From IMG/VR virus record IMGVR_UViG_3300036780_000119, positions 36,467 through 100,466 of that record: a DNA stretch of 64,000 bases; one strand, given 5' to 3'. Under the pieces are notes generated by a model that did no database searches, was not told the origin of the DNA, and saw nothing but the letters and a program-made list of their open reading frames with translations. The position numbers and the translations under genes were made by a program. Shown in pieces: positions 29,579 to 38,493 of the stretch (its first letter is position 1; every line of letters begins with the position of its first letter). The DNA comes from a virus.

Positions 29579-31171
29579 TCAGACGCCGGCGGTTTTCGAC
29601 ATGGCCGGCCCCTGGAACGGCTCCGCCTCGTCCGGTCCCTGCGTCTGCGCGCCGCGGGTCATCTGCTGCTCGATCAGCGCGTTCAGCTCGGCCAGGGCAC
29701 CATGCGACGCGGCGACCTTCTTCCACCGGGCCACCTCTTCGGCGGTCACCCCGGGGATACGCGACCACAGTTCGGTCGCCGGGATGCCGAGCATCTGCAC
29801 CATCTTCCCCAGCGCGTCCGCGGTCGCGGCGAACGCCCGCGCCGAGGTGTCCCGCCACACCACCGTCGAGCTCGTGTCCGCCCACCCGGTTTTGTTCCCG
29901 GCCGCCAGCGACGCCAGCCGCAGCGTCTGCTTCCACGGGTCAGACAGGACACCCTGCAGTTCGGCCACCTTGCGGTCCAGCGCATCCCGGGTTGCAGCGA
30001 GGGCGTCAGCGGACAGGTTCGCGATCATCCCCAGCAGGTAGTACGGCGGCACCTGCGCGATGGTCGCCATATGCCGGATGCTCGCTTCGCGGGCGTTCAG
30101 GAAGCCCGCCAGGTCCGTCTGGGAGAATTCGCCGAATTTGGTGTCGGTGTCTTCGGCGACCCACAGCCGGTCCACCCCGGCGCGGAATGGTTCCCGTGGC
30201 CGGCCGTCCTCATCATCGGGGACCATCCCGGTGACCCACCGCTGCCGGAACGCGGCGTATTGCTGCGCCATCAGCGTGTTGAACGTGGTGGTATTGATCT
30301 GGTCCTGCAAAGGGATGAGGGGTTCGGCTTCGCCGGACACGTCCATTTCCCCGTCGAGGTCGATTTCGTGGAGGAACCGGACGACCGGGCACACGCCCAG
30401 GCCGTGTTCGGCGATCGCCGGCTCGACATCGGGGATGGACTGCCACGGGCCACCGCTGGTTTCTTCCGCGCCGAGCAGCCCAGACCCTTCACCGGGCCAG
30501 AACAGGGTGGGTTCGGTGGTGCGGCCGATCAGCGTGTACCGGTTCTCGTCGTCGTACAGCCACACCTTCCGCAGCTGCCCTTTCGAGGACCGGATCAGCC
30601 GCTCCTCGACCGCGAACACCGGCCACTCGTCGTCCACGTCGTCCTGATACAGGGCGGTCAGCCGCCGCGGTGACACCGGCCGGATCACCGGCACGTCAGC
30701 AGACACACCGTCGCCGTCATCAGCGGTGCCGGGCAGCACCACGTTGTAGGCGATGCCGTATTTCGCCACCGCCCGGTGCAGGCCATGCTGCCGGGAGATC
30801 ATCCGGTTGGCGGTGAAAATGTTCCACGGGTCCAGCGGGTCCGCCGTCGCCGCCCCCGACGGCTGAATGTCCTCATCCGGGGTACCGCCAAGATCGCCGG
30901 TGCCCTCCGAGCCGTCCGACCCGCTGCCGGTGCGCATGTACCCGTCCACGTGCAGGTTTTCCGCGATCGTGGACACCACCAGCGGCAGGAAGTTCACCAC
31001 CGACCGGTGCAGCAGCCACCGGTACTCCTCCCGGGCGCCATGCGGCACATACACCGAGTCGTGCCGGCCCCGCATGTACTCGCCGATCCGGTGCAGCCGC
31101 GCCTGCTCACGTTCCCGCATCGCCAGCACACGGGTCGCCACACCAGGCACCTGGTCCGGGGTAAGCGCCAT
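29579..31171 (-). CDS. Portal protein (SPP1 gp6-like)
   Basis: NFLPLVV, HGLGVCPVVRF, AFRQRWVTG and NLSADAL motifs. Confidence 0.95.
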   Translation of the reverse strand: MALTPDQVPGVATRVLAMREREQARLHRIGEYMRGRHDSVYVPHGAREEYRWLLHRSVVNFLPLVVSTIAENLHVDGYMRTGSGSDGSEGTGDLGGTPDEDIQPSGAATADPLDPWNIFTANRMISRQHGLHRAVAKYGIAYNVVLPGTADDGDGVSADVPVIRPVSPRRLTALYQDDVDDEWPVFAVEERLIRSSKGQLRKVWLYDDENRYTLIGRTTEPTLFWPGEGSGLLGAEETSGGPWQSIPDVEPAIAEHGLGVCPVVRFLHEIDLDGEMDVSGEAEPLIPLQDQINTTTFNTLMAQQYAAFRQRWVTGMVPDDEDGRPREPFRAGVDRLWVAEDTDTKFGEFSQTDLAGFLNAREASIRHMATIAQVPPYYLLGMIANLSADALAATRDALDRKVAELQGVLSDPWKQTLRLASLAAGNKTGWADTSSTVVWRDTSARAFAATADALGKMVQMLGIPATELWSRIPGVTAEEVARWKKVAASHGALAELNALIEQQMTRGAQTQGPDEAEPFQGPAMSKTAGV

Positions 31172-31199
31172 CGTGCCCCCGTCCGGTTAGGCTGCGTCC

Positions 31200-31391
31200 A
31201 TGGCCAGGAGAAATGCATTCCTCAGCGTGCCGGCTCCAGCACCTGGTGACGTTGTCCTCACCGCTGCCGCCGAGGATGGGGCGGTAGCTCACATCGCGGT
31301 GCCGATGGCAATGCTCACCGGGCAGGAGATGGGCAAGATTCCACGTCTTTTCGAGGAAGCCTGGGAGCAGGTGCGGAAGGCGAAACGGTGA
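31200..31391 (+). CDS. Small antisense hypothetical protein between terminase and portal
   Basis: TAGGCT (-10-like) at 31188-31193, 6 nt before the ATG (leaderless arrangement); sits in an otherwise empty 320-bp gap. Confidence 0.5.
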   Translation: MARRNAFLSVPAPAPGDVVLTAAAEDGAVAHIAVPMAMLTGQEMGKIPRLFEEAWEQVRKAKR

Positions 31392-31489
31392 CCCTGCCGT
31401 CCCTAATTCACGGAACGTGAACAGCCCACCTGCGGTTACTACGCTCCGCGTACATGCCGGCCCGTGGGAAAGGGTAAGAACGATCTTGC

Positions 31490-33166
31490 TCAGGCGAAGC
31501 CGTGAACGCGGCCGGAGCGTTCCTTCTTCACCACCGGGTGAGCCTCCCGCCACGCCAGCAGCAGCCGCCGCACCATCCGGGCGCCGACCACGCACACCGC
31601 AGCGTCGATCTTCCGCGGGCTGCCCCGCGACTCCTTCGAAATGGACACGCCCCACCGGTTCGGGTACCGCCGCGCGTTCGTCACGTGCCGGCCCACCCGC
31701 GAGTCCCCGTCGTGGCGGAACGCCTTGTCCTCAGTGATCTCGGTGAAGGTGAGCTCGGCCGCCATGGTGAAGTCGTGCACGTGGTTCTGTGAGCGCATGT
31801 CCCACGCGATGGCCTGCGGCTCCCGCCCCCCCGGCACTGCCTCAATCTCCAGACCCTCCGCATACCGGCCCGGCCACGTCACCTTCGTGAAGCTTTCCCA
31901 TTCGCGCACGTCCGCGAAGAACGCCCGCACGTCCCACCGGTCAAACATCCGCTCCACCGCAGCGTCAACCTGGCCGACCGGGACACTCCACCCCTCCCCC
32001 AGTTCAGGCGAGGGAGGTGCCTCCCACACGTCGATGCAGAACACGTACCCGCTCGCCACATGGCAGCCGATCAGCGCCGTCGCGTCCTGGGTGCGGGAAC
32101 CGTCGAAAAACGCGACGATCTCATCACCATCACCGATGACCTGCGTGGCGTCGGCCAGCGCCGCCCACTCCTGCGGGGTCACCCACGCGTCATGGGAGGC
32201 GACCGGCTGGTTCAGGTAAAACCGGCGCGCCACATCCGGTTTCGTCCGCAACGACAGGACACGGTCCCGGATGGTCTGCTGATCCACCCACCAGCAGTCA
32301 CCGTAAGCGTGCGCGATACCAGCCCGCAGGCTCACGTCATCGGTGAGATCCGTGTCCGCCGGCGCGACCCGCGCATCGTAGAGGATCTTCGACCCAGACA
32401 GGGTGCGGCCTTCCTCCTGCGCCACCCACGCGTCGAACGTCTCCTCCGCGACCGACGCCGCGCCCGGCACCCACGCGTTCGTCGTCTCGATCGCACGGCT
32501 GTTCGACTTCGCCAGGTTCCGGTCGACCACGTCGGCCAGGTCGCTGCCACCATTCGCCGGGGTCCACAACTCGGTCTCATCAAGCACCGCGAACGTGGTC
32601 AGCGCACCCTCCGCCGCCGCCGCAGACGAGGTGATGATCTCAAGCTGCCCGCCCTCACCCTTATAGGTGACGGTCTTCCCCGGGTCCAGGGCGTACTCCC
32701 GCACCAGCCGCGAACCCTTCGGCATCATCGCCCGCACCATGCGGTTCGTGTTCGCCGTCTGCGACTCGCTCGTCGCCGCGATCTGCACCAGCGGCATATC
32801 CACCGGCCGGCCCCGCACCCGGCCACGGGTCCGCACATCACCCGGATCCACATCACAGAAATGACCGACCCGCACCGGCCCGCACAGCTCAGCCAGGCAC
32901 AGCGCCGCAGCACACGGCGACTTCCCCGAACTCTTAGCCAGCCGCCGGCACCCGTGCTCAAACAGCCAGCGGCCATCCGCGCCGACGGCATACCACCACA
33001 AGATGAAACGGAACTGGCTCGCCGTCCACGCCCACGGCTGCCCCGCACGCGGGCCATTGGGCTGCCGCAGGTACTTCCCCGTCCACACCGCCACCTCGTA
33101 GCCGAGCGTGAACTCCGGCTCACCAGACGGCAGCGTGACAAGACGGTCAGCAGGAGCGGCCAGCAA
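31490..33166 (-). CDS. terL: Terminase large subunit
   Basis: RRLAKSSGKS Walker A, AVLDETE Walker B, FFDGSRTQDATAL and KIDAAV nuclease motifs. Confidence 0.95.
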   Translation of the reverse strand: MLAAPADRLVTLPSGEPEFTLGYEVAVWTGKYLRQPNGPRAGQPWAWTASQFRFILWWYAVGADGRWLFEHGCRRLAKSSGKSPCAAALCLAELCGPVRVGHFCDVDPGDVRTRGRVRGRPVDMPLVQIAATSESQTANTNRMVRAMMPKGSRLVREYALDPGKTVTYKGEGGQLEIITSSAAAAEGALTTFAVLDETELWTPANGGSDLADVVDRNLAKSNSRAIETTNAWVPGAASVAEETFDAWVAQEEGRTLSGSKILYDARVAPADTDLTDDVSLRAGIAHAYGDCWWVDQQTIRDRVLSLRTKPDVARRFYLNQPVASHDAWVTPQEWAALADATQVIGDGDEIVAFFDGSRTQDATALIGCHVASGYVFCIDVWEAPPSPELGEGWSVPVGQVDAAVERMFDRWDVRAFFADVREWESFTKVTWPGRYAEGLEIEAVPGGREPQAIAWDMRSQNHVHDFTMAAELTFTEITEDKAFRHDGDSRVGRHVTNARRYPNRWGVSISKESRGSPRKIDAAVCVVGARMVRRLLLAWREAHPVVKKERSGRVHGFA

Positions 33167-33174
33167 CGTGATGC

Positions 33175-33627
33175 TCAGCCCGGAACCGCCGACAAGGCAG
33201 TCACCGAAGCAAGCGCGGCCTTCTCGTCCTCATCGTCACGGCCAGCCTTCTCCAGCTCAACCCGCATCCGCCGCCGGTCACCCTCACTCACCAGCAGCCG
33301 CGCCGTATGGCCCGCCCACGCGGCATACAGCATCGCCGACACCCGGCCAGCGTTCAGCAGCTCCGACAGGATCTCCGCCGCCACATAGGCTTCCATCCAG
33401 TCCGACGGCTGATAGAACACCGTCTGAGCCGACATCCGCAACGCCAGATACCACTTCTTCGCCGTCGGATGCCACGAACCACTCGCCGGCAACGGCACCC
33501 GGAACGTCCCCCGCGGCGACGGGGCATCATCCCCCGGGCGCCGTGCGGGTGCCCTATCCACCGGCTCAGCCTTCCGGTGGCCATGCCGCTGATCAGTCCT
33601 CTTCGGAATCGGACCCCTCTGGCCCAT
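33175..33627 (-). CDS. terS: Terminase small subunit
   Basis: MGQRGPIPKR..WHPTAKKWY..SAQ..YQPSDW..EGDRRRMRVEL, actinophage TerS pattern. Confidence 0.9.
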   Translation of the reverse strand: MGQRGPIPKRTDQRHGHRKAEPVDRAPARRPGDDAPSPRGTFRVPLPASGSWHPTAKKWYLALRMSAQTVFYQPSDWMEAYVAAEILSELLNAGRVSAMLYAAWAGHTARLLVSEGDRRRMRVELEKAGRDDEDEKAALASVTALSAVPG

Positions 33628-33883
33628 GCTCAACTCCCGTTCCGGGACGAGCCGCCGTCGCGGCGGCCTCACGCTTCCTCACACGCCCGGGCACCGGCAA
33701 CGGCGACCCATCCAGCAGCCACGGCAGAAACAGCTCCGCCACCCAGACCACAGCCGTAGCGGCCTCATCCGGATGCCGGTCCACAATCCCGCCAGGCACC
33801 GTCGGCCCAATCAGCGCCGCCGCCGCCAGCAACGCCGCCTGCCGCCGGCCCTGCAACTCGCGGCGCGACTCCGCCGCATCCAC
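33593..33883 (-). CDS. Hypothetical protein
   Basis: In operon; abuts the upstream stop. Confidence 0.55.
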   Translation of the reverse strand: MDAAESRRELQGRRQAALLAAAALIGPTVPGGIVDRHPDEAATAVVWVAELFLPWLLDGSPLPVPGRVRKREAAATAARPGTGVEHGPEGSDSEED

Positions 33884-34066
33884 TCAGCTCACGATGTTCG
33901 CGTTGACCCCATCACCCTCACCGTGACCCGGCTCAACCTCACGCGGGATATCCACAACAGCCGCGTTGATACCCGGATCAGCATCCTCCGCAGCAGCCGC
34001 AGGCTTCGCCGGCGTCACCACCGGTGCCGCAGGTGCCACCGGAGCCACAGGCTTCGAATCCGCCAT
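33884..34066 (-). CDS. Small Pro/Ala-rich acidic hypothetical protein
   Basis: AAGGAG RBS before ATG 34066. Confidence 0.65.
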   Translation of the reverse strand: MADSKPVAPVAPAAPVVTPAKPAAAAEDADPGINAAVVDIPREVEPGHGEGDGVNANIVS

Positions 34067-34570
34067 AACCACAACTCCTTTCCAGACCATTCCCCAAGGG
34101 GAAAAACAATGCACAAAGGCCCCCGCCACGCAATTAGCGCCACCATTCCCCGCGCCGCAGCGGAAAGCCACCCGGCACGCGCCAGAATGTGGCCACCCCG
34201 CCCATCCCCGCAGGCACGCAAACCCGGGCGCGACGCGAAAAGCAATCACGTGCCGGTCCGCGCTTGGCCAGCCGTTGGGGGTCCACCCCCACGCCGCGGC
34301 CGCCGTGGCGATTCGAGCTGCGCCGTGGCGCGGTTACAGCTGTTGACCTGCGGTTGTGTGGGGTTGGTGCCATGGTTCCCAACCGTGCCGGCTAGGCGTG
34401 GCGCCGTGGCCAGTCACCTCGCAGCGGCCAGCTCTGAAATGCGTATGTGGCGTGTCGCGGTTGTGTGGCGTGTCATTCGTGTCTCTCGAGCTCTGGCGCG
34501 TCGCATGGTGGCTTACAGGCCTGCCGCGGGCATGTCTGGCGACGGTTGGGGGTTGCCACGCGCGCTACTT
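34067..34570. other. Non-coding divergence region; candidate packaging site / genome terminus
   Basis: Palindrome TGGGGGT-CC-ACCCCCA at 34276-34291; direct repeats CGCCGTGGCG (34301, 34321) and TGTGGCGTGTC (34446, 34464); strand skew flips here; upstream of terS. Confidence 0.5.
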
Positions 34571-34573
34571 AAC

Positions 34574-34602
34574 TTGACGGTTGCCTACATGGGGCGTACA
34601 AA
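34574..34602 (+). promoter_or_regulatory. Sigma70/HrdB-like promoter for the accessory cassette
   Basis: TTGACG-17 bp-TACAAA ahead of the first plus-strand gene; -10 imperfect. Confidence 0.55.
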
Positions 34603-34640
34603 GAGAGAGTTAAACCGCCAAGTTTGGGAACGGAGCTCCG

Positions 34641-34808
34641 ATGCGAAGCATCACAATCCGCGCAATCAGCGCCGGCGTGGCCGCGCTTGCGGCGCCGCTG
34701 GCGCTGGCGGCCGGCCTCACAACCGCGGCGCCGAGCTCGGCGCAGACTGTCCGCCCTGCCCACGTGCGTACCGAGCTCGGCTCGGCCGGCATGCTCGGGT
34801 TGAACTAG
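34641..34808 (+). CDS. 55-aa secreted micro-protein (mostly signal peptide; not in ORF track)
   Basis: GGAG RBS; MRSITIRAISAGVAALAAPLALAAGLTTAAPSSA/QTVRPAHVRTELGSAGMLGLN. Confidence 0.65.
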   Translation: MRSITIRAISAGVAALAAPLALAAGLTTAAPSSAQTVRPAHVRTELGSAGMLGLN

Positions 34809-34828
34809 GGACAAGGGGAGAACTGATC

Positions 34829-35281
34829 ATGGGTAGTTACAGGCGCAACTACCGGCGCAGCGCGCCGACCGTGGGGCGTATCCGCCGGCCCAACCGGCGG
34901 CCCGGGCCCTGCCGTGGTTGCGGGGAGGAGATACCGGCCGGTTGCGGGCAACTCTGGCGTGACGCGTCCGGCGCCTGGTCACCTGTGCACGTGGAGTCGT
35001 CGCAAGGTGGCTGGCTGATGGATCCGCAGCCTGTTACCGGCGGTTGCCCGGTAGACACTGACAAGCGCAACGCTGAGTTGCACGCGTCGGGATTCTTCGG
35101 TAAGGATGCGCCGGCGCCGCGGTCCGAACGGGCCCGTATCGCCTACGCGGCGGCCCGCGCGCCGGAGGCTACCGCGCCGAGTCCGGCGCGTGCCGGCCGG
35201 TACGCGCTCAACTCTGGCGCCGTTGTGACGGGTAGCCGCGGACGCTGCGAAGACGCGCCGTGCTGCGGATGTTGTGACTAG
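34829..35281 (+). CDS. Cys-rich phage protein ending GRCEDAPCCGCCD
   Basis: GGGGAG RBS before ATG 34829; CRGC..H zinc motif. Confidence 0.75.
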   Translation: MGSYRRNYRRSAPTVGRIRRPNRRPGPCRGCGEEIPAGCGQLWRDASGAWSPVHVESSQGGWLMDPQPVTGGCPVDTDKRNAELHASGFFGKDAPAPRSERARIAYAAARAPEATAPSPARAGRYALNSGAVVTGSRGRCEDAPCCGCCD

Positions 35282-35293
35282 GGAGCATTGATC

Positions 35294-35803
35294 ATGACAA
35301 CGGTTAAGCGCAGTCACGAGACACACCGTCACGCGTCGCACGCGACGCCGGAGGAGATCCGGGCCGGCCGGCCGGTTTGCCGTACGGCATGCGGGATCCC
35401 GTGTGACCAGGTCGACATCGTGTATTCGCAGGATGCCAGGCCAATCACGTGCGCGGTATGCGCGCCACACCGCGAATGCACACCGGGCGAGGGTCAACGC
35501 TGGCAGGCGCAGCATGGCGACGGTTACCGGGTAGGCGCCGGCGACGCACGCGCCGATCGGGCGCCGCGGATCCAGCTGATACCGGTACCGGCGGAGATTC
35601 CAGGCGAGACCGGATCCCGGTACGTCGCAAGGCACGTGGCACAAGCGTGGCCGATCGGGTACACAACCGGCTACGCCTGGACATCCGGCCGTGCCGTACA
35701 CGCCGATTGCGCCGACAAAGACTCCGAGGTGTGCGCCGGCTGCGGTGGGCACTGTGCACACCGCGGCCCGTGCGACCACATAAGCCGTAACGGCGCCAAC
35801 TAA
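35294..35803 (+). CDS. Cys/His-rich hypothetical protein
   Basis: RBS GGGAG; several CxxC motifs. Confidence 0.65.
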   Translation: MTTVKRSHETHRHASHATPEEIRAGRPVCRTACGIPCDQVDIVYSQDARPITCAVCAPHRECTPGEGQRWQAQHGDGYRVGAGDARADRAPRIQLIPVPAEIPGETGSRYVARHVAQAWPIGYTTGYAWTSGRAVHADCADKDSEVCAGCGGHCAHRGPCDHISRNGAN

Positions 35804-35847
35804 ACCGACTCTCACAACCGCCAGAAACGAACGGAGACAAGATCGAA

Positions 35848-36102
35848 ATGCAGCCTCTGACGAACGGACCGCGGCGTAAGGATCTGCGCCGTGCCATGCA
35901 TACGGCACGCGACACGCGTCCGGTGCACTACCGGCCCGGTGCGCATGGTGTGCCCGTGGCCACCTCGCCGGATTACCAGGCCGGCCAGGAGCAGGGACGC
36001 GCGGACTATGCGCGTGGATGGTTCGCGATACCCGCCGGCGCGTCGCCGGCGTGGGCGGACGGGTACCGGCTCGGATACCCGCGGCGCCTGGTGACGTCCT
36101 AG
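35848..36102 (+). CDS. Hypothetical protein
   Basis: Motif plus GGAG RBS upstream. Confidence 0.7.
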   Translation: MQPLTNGPRRKDLRRAMHTARDTRPVHYRPGAHGVPVATSPDYQAGQEQGRADYARGWFAIPAGASPAWADGYRLGYPRRLVTS

Positions 36103-36206
36103 CGGGTCTGCAGCGTACGGATCCCCGCCCGTGCGCTGCGATGCCCGCTAGGGCAAAGCCTCACAACCGCCAGACAACCGCCAGACAACCAGGAGGAGCA
36201 AAGATC

Positions 36207-37439
36207 ATGCGCATTACCGTTGACCGTACCGAGCTCGCACGTGCCATCACATGGGCAAGCAAAGGCCTGCCACGCCGGCCCGTGGTTCCCGTGCTCGGAG
36301 GTATCCGGCTGCAAGTCGCCGGCGCACGTCTCACAATCAGCGCGTTTGACTACGACGTGTCCGCAACCGCCAGCGTCGCCGGCGTCGGCGTCGGCGAGTA
36401 CGGTTCGCATGCCAGCGCAGCCGGCTCGATGCTGGTCAACGGCGCGGCGCTGGCCGGAATCGTCAAAGCCGCGCCGAAGGGAAAGACTGTCCGTGTCGCG
36501 CTGGAACGCGTCGACACGCCGGCCAGCGAAGCAACCGAAGCAACCGGCGACACGCCGGCCACGCCGGCGCGTGGCGCCATGTCCGCCCTGGTGGTCACCT
36601 GCCAGGGGAGTACGTCGCGGCTGACAGCCATGCCCGGCGAGGATTACCCCGACCTGCCGGAGATGCCCCCGGCGGCCGGAGTGTTCACCTCCGGGACGTT
36701 CAAACGGTCCGCGGCGCGTGTCGCGGCGCTGGCCGGCACGGATGACACGCTGCCGATCCTGACCACCGTACGGCTGGAGCTGGGCGCCGGCGCGGTCACC
36801 ATGGCCGCGACGGACCGGTACCGGCTCGGCGTCGACACGCCGGCGTACACCGCGACGCATGACGCGCCGGAGGGGATCACGCCGGCGATCCAGATCCCGG
36901 CGAAACTGCTGGCCGACTTCGCGAAGACAACCGGCAAAGACGCGAAGGTGACCGTGCACTACAGTCCGGCGGCCGGCACTGTGCCAATGTTCGGTGGCCT
37001 GTCCGACGAGACACGCACGGTCACGTTCCGCGCCGACTCCGGCGACTTCCCGCGGTATCGCGCGCTGATGCCCGGACAGGCTGACGTGACGGCCCTGGTC
37101 GACGCTGGCGCGCTGGCCGCTGCCGTGAAACGCGCCGCGGTGGTGTGCGAGCGGAACACTCCGGTGCGGTTGACGTTCGCGCCGGACAGTCCGCGCGTGG
37201 TGATCCAGGCCGGCACAGAAGGGGAATCCGCCGCGGAAGAAAGCGTCGACGTGGCATTCGACGGCGCCGGCGCGATGACCGTGGCCTACAACCCCGGATA
37301 CCTGGTGTCCGTGCTGGCCGGCGTGACGGGTGACGCGTGGCTGTCATGGACAACGCCGGCGCGTCCGCTGGTCGTGTCCAGCGCCGGCGAAACCGACCCA
37401 TACCGCGCGCTGATCATACCGATCCGGCTCGCAGGTTGA
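36207..37439 (+). CDS. dnaN: DNA polymerase III beta sliding clamp homolog (phage-encoded)
   Basis: LPRRPVVPVLGGI, AFDYDVSA, EDYPDLP, DDTLPILT, AATDRYRL, GDFPRYRAL, AYNPGYL and LIIPIRL are actinobacterial DnaN motifs. Confidence 0.92.
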   Translation: MRITVDRTELARAITWASKGLPRRPVVPVLGGIRLQVAGARLTISAFDYDVSATASVAGVGVGEYGSHASAAGSMLVNGAALAGIVKAAPKGKTVRVALERVDTPASEATEATGDTPATPARGAMSALVVTCQGSTSRLTAMPGEDYPDLPEMPPAAGVFTSGTFKRSAARVAALAGTDDTLPILTTVRLELGAGAVTMAATDRYRLGVDTPAYTATHDAPEGITPAIQIPAKLLADFAKTTGKDAKVTVHYSPAAGTVPMFGGLSDETRTVTFRADSGDFPRYRALMPGQADVTALVDAGALAAAVKRAAVVCERNTPVRLTFAPDSPRVVIQAGTEGESAAEESVDVAFDGAGAMTVAYNPGYLVSVLAGVTGDAWLSWTTPARPLVVSSAGETDPYRALIIPIRLAG

Positions 37440-37445
37440 CAGCTG

Positions 37446-37483
37446 GCGCCGCGGGCCCGCACCTCGCCGCGGGCCCGCGGCGC
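37446..37483 (+). terminator. Perfect 15-bp GC hairpin after dnaN
   Basis: GCGCCGCGGGCCCGC-ACCTCGCC-GCGGGCCCGCGGCGC; no U-tract. Confidence 0.6.
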
Positions 37484-37643
37484 GAACCGTCAGAACACGG
37501 AACCCAGACGATTGGAGCTCGGAACATGGTCAAGACGCCATGCCGGAAAGCCACAAACCCGCGTCGCAAGTGCGCGCAATGCGCTAGCGGCCAGCGCTAA
37601 CCCCGAAACCTCACAACCGCCAGAAACGCGAGGAGACAAGATC

Positions 37644-37913
37644 ATGAGTGTTACGGTCATCACACCACTAGCGCCGGGCCGGTACATCGTACGCGGCGGC
37701 CCACGAGGCGACACGGCCATACAGCGTGTCATGCAGCCTGTCAGCCTGGGCGATTCACACGCGATAGACCACGGGCGCATGGTGATACGGAATACCGCCC
37801 GCGACCGCTGGCCGATCCTGGCCGCGTTCCGTATCCGCCCAGGCCACCGCGTCACGAGTTACGGCGCGCTTGACGCGGTCGCGCGTGTCTGGTCTTACGG
37901 TGGCGCGCCGTGA
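37644..37913 (+). CDS. Hypothetical protein
   Basis: Motif plus GAGGAG RBS. Confidence 0.7.
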   Translation: MSVTVITPLAPGRYIVRGGPRGDTAIQRVMQPVSLGDSHAIDHGRMVIRNTARDRWPILAAFRIRPGHRVTSYGALDAVARVWSYGGAP

Positions 37914-38137
37914 TTGTCACTGACCAGTGCCCGGAGCTGGCCGAGCTCGCAGGCTGGACAGAAGACGACATGTCGGTATGGGCCGGCGATGCTGAAACCG
38001 CGTGGCGCGATGACCAGCTGGACGCGCAGCGCGAATGCGACCAGGCGCGCGAACGTGGCGAGTACGCCGATCAGCGCGCGCATGACGTGGCGTGGATGAC
38101 TGCCAGCGGACGCGCCGCGGTGGAGTGCGCGTCATGA
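37910..38137 (+). CDS. Small very acidic hypothetical protein
   Basis: GTGA coupling; Asp/Glu-rich. Confidence 0.65.
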   Translation: MIVTDQCPELAELAGWTEDDMSVWAGDAETAWRDDQLDAQRECDQARERGEYADQRAHDVAWMTASGRAAVECAS

Positions 38138-38493
38138 TGCCATGCGACGCCGCGGGAGACGTGGCCATCGCTGCGGCCATGGTGGCCGCTGGCAGGCCTG
38201 CAGCGCGCCATACGGCGCCCGGTGCGGTGCGGCTGGCCGTGGCCGAGCTCGGCACCTACGCCGCGGCCACGGCCCGGTGGTACGCGCTGGCCGCGTGGTG
38301 CGCGATGCTGCAAACCTGGCACGACATGCCGGGCCCCTGGTGGGTCAAGGTCGCGCTAGTCGCGGTGTGTCTCGCGATACCGGGCCCGCAAGATGAGATC
38401 TTGCTGATCCTGCTAACGCGCGTGTTCCGTGCGTGGCGGGCCCGGCAATCTGCCAGCCTCACAACCACCAGGCCACCGGTGGAGCGATCATGA
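38134..38493 (+). CDS. Hypothetical membrane protein
   Basis: ATGA coupling; hydrophobic segments around IPGPQDE. Confidence 0.6.
   Translation: MMPCDAAGDVAIAAAMVAAGRPAARHTAPGAVRLAVAELGTYAAATARWYALAAWCAMLQTWHDMPGPWWVKVALVAVCLAIPGPQDEILLILLTRVFRAWRARQSASLTTTRPPVERS

Noticed and set aside
33626-34828. N-terminal 400 aa of track ORF 33626-35281
   Set aside because: Runs antisense to real genes and through the non-coding region; the credible start is ATG 34829 with an RBS.
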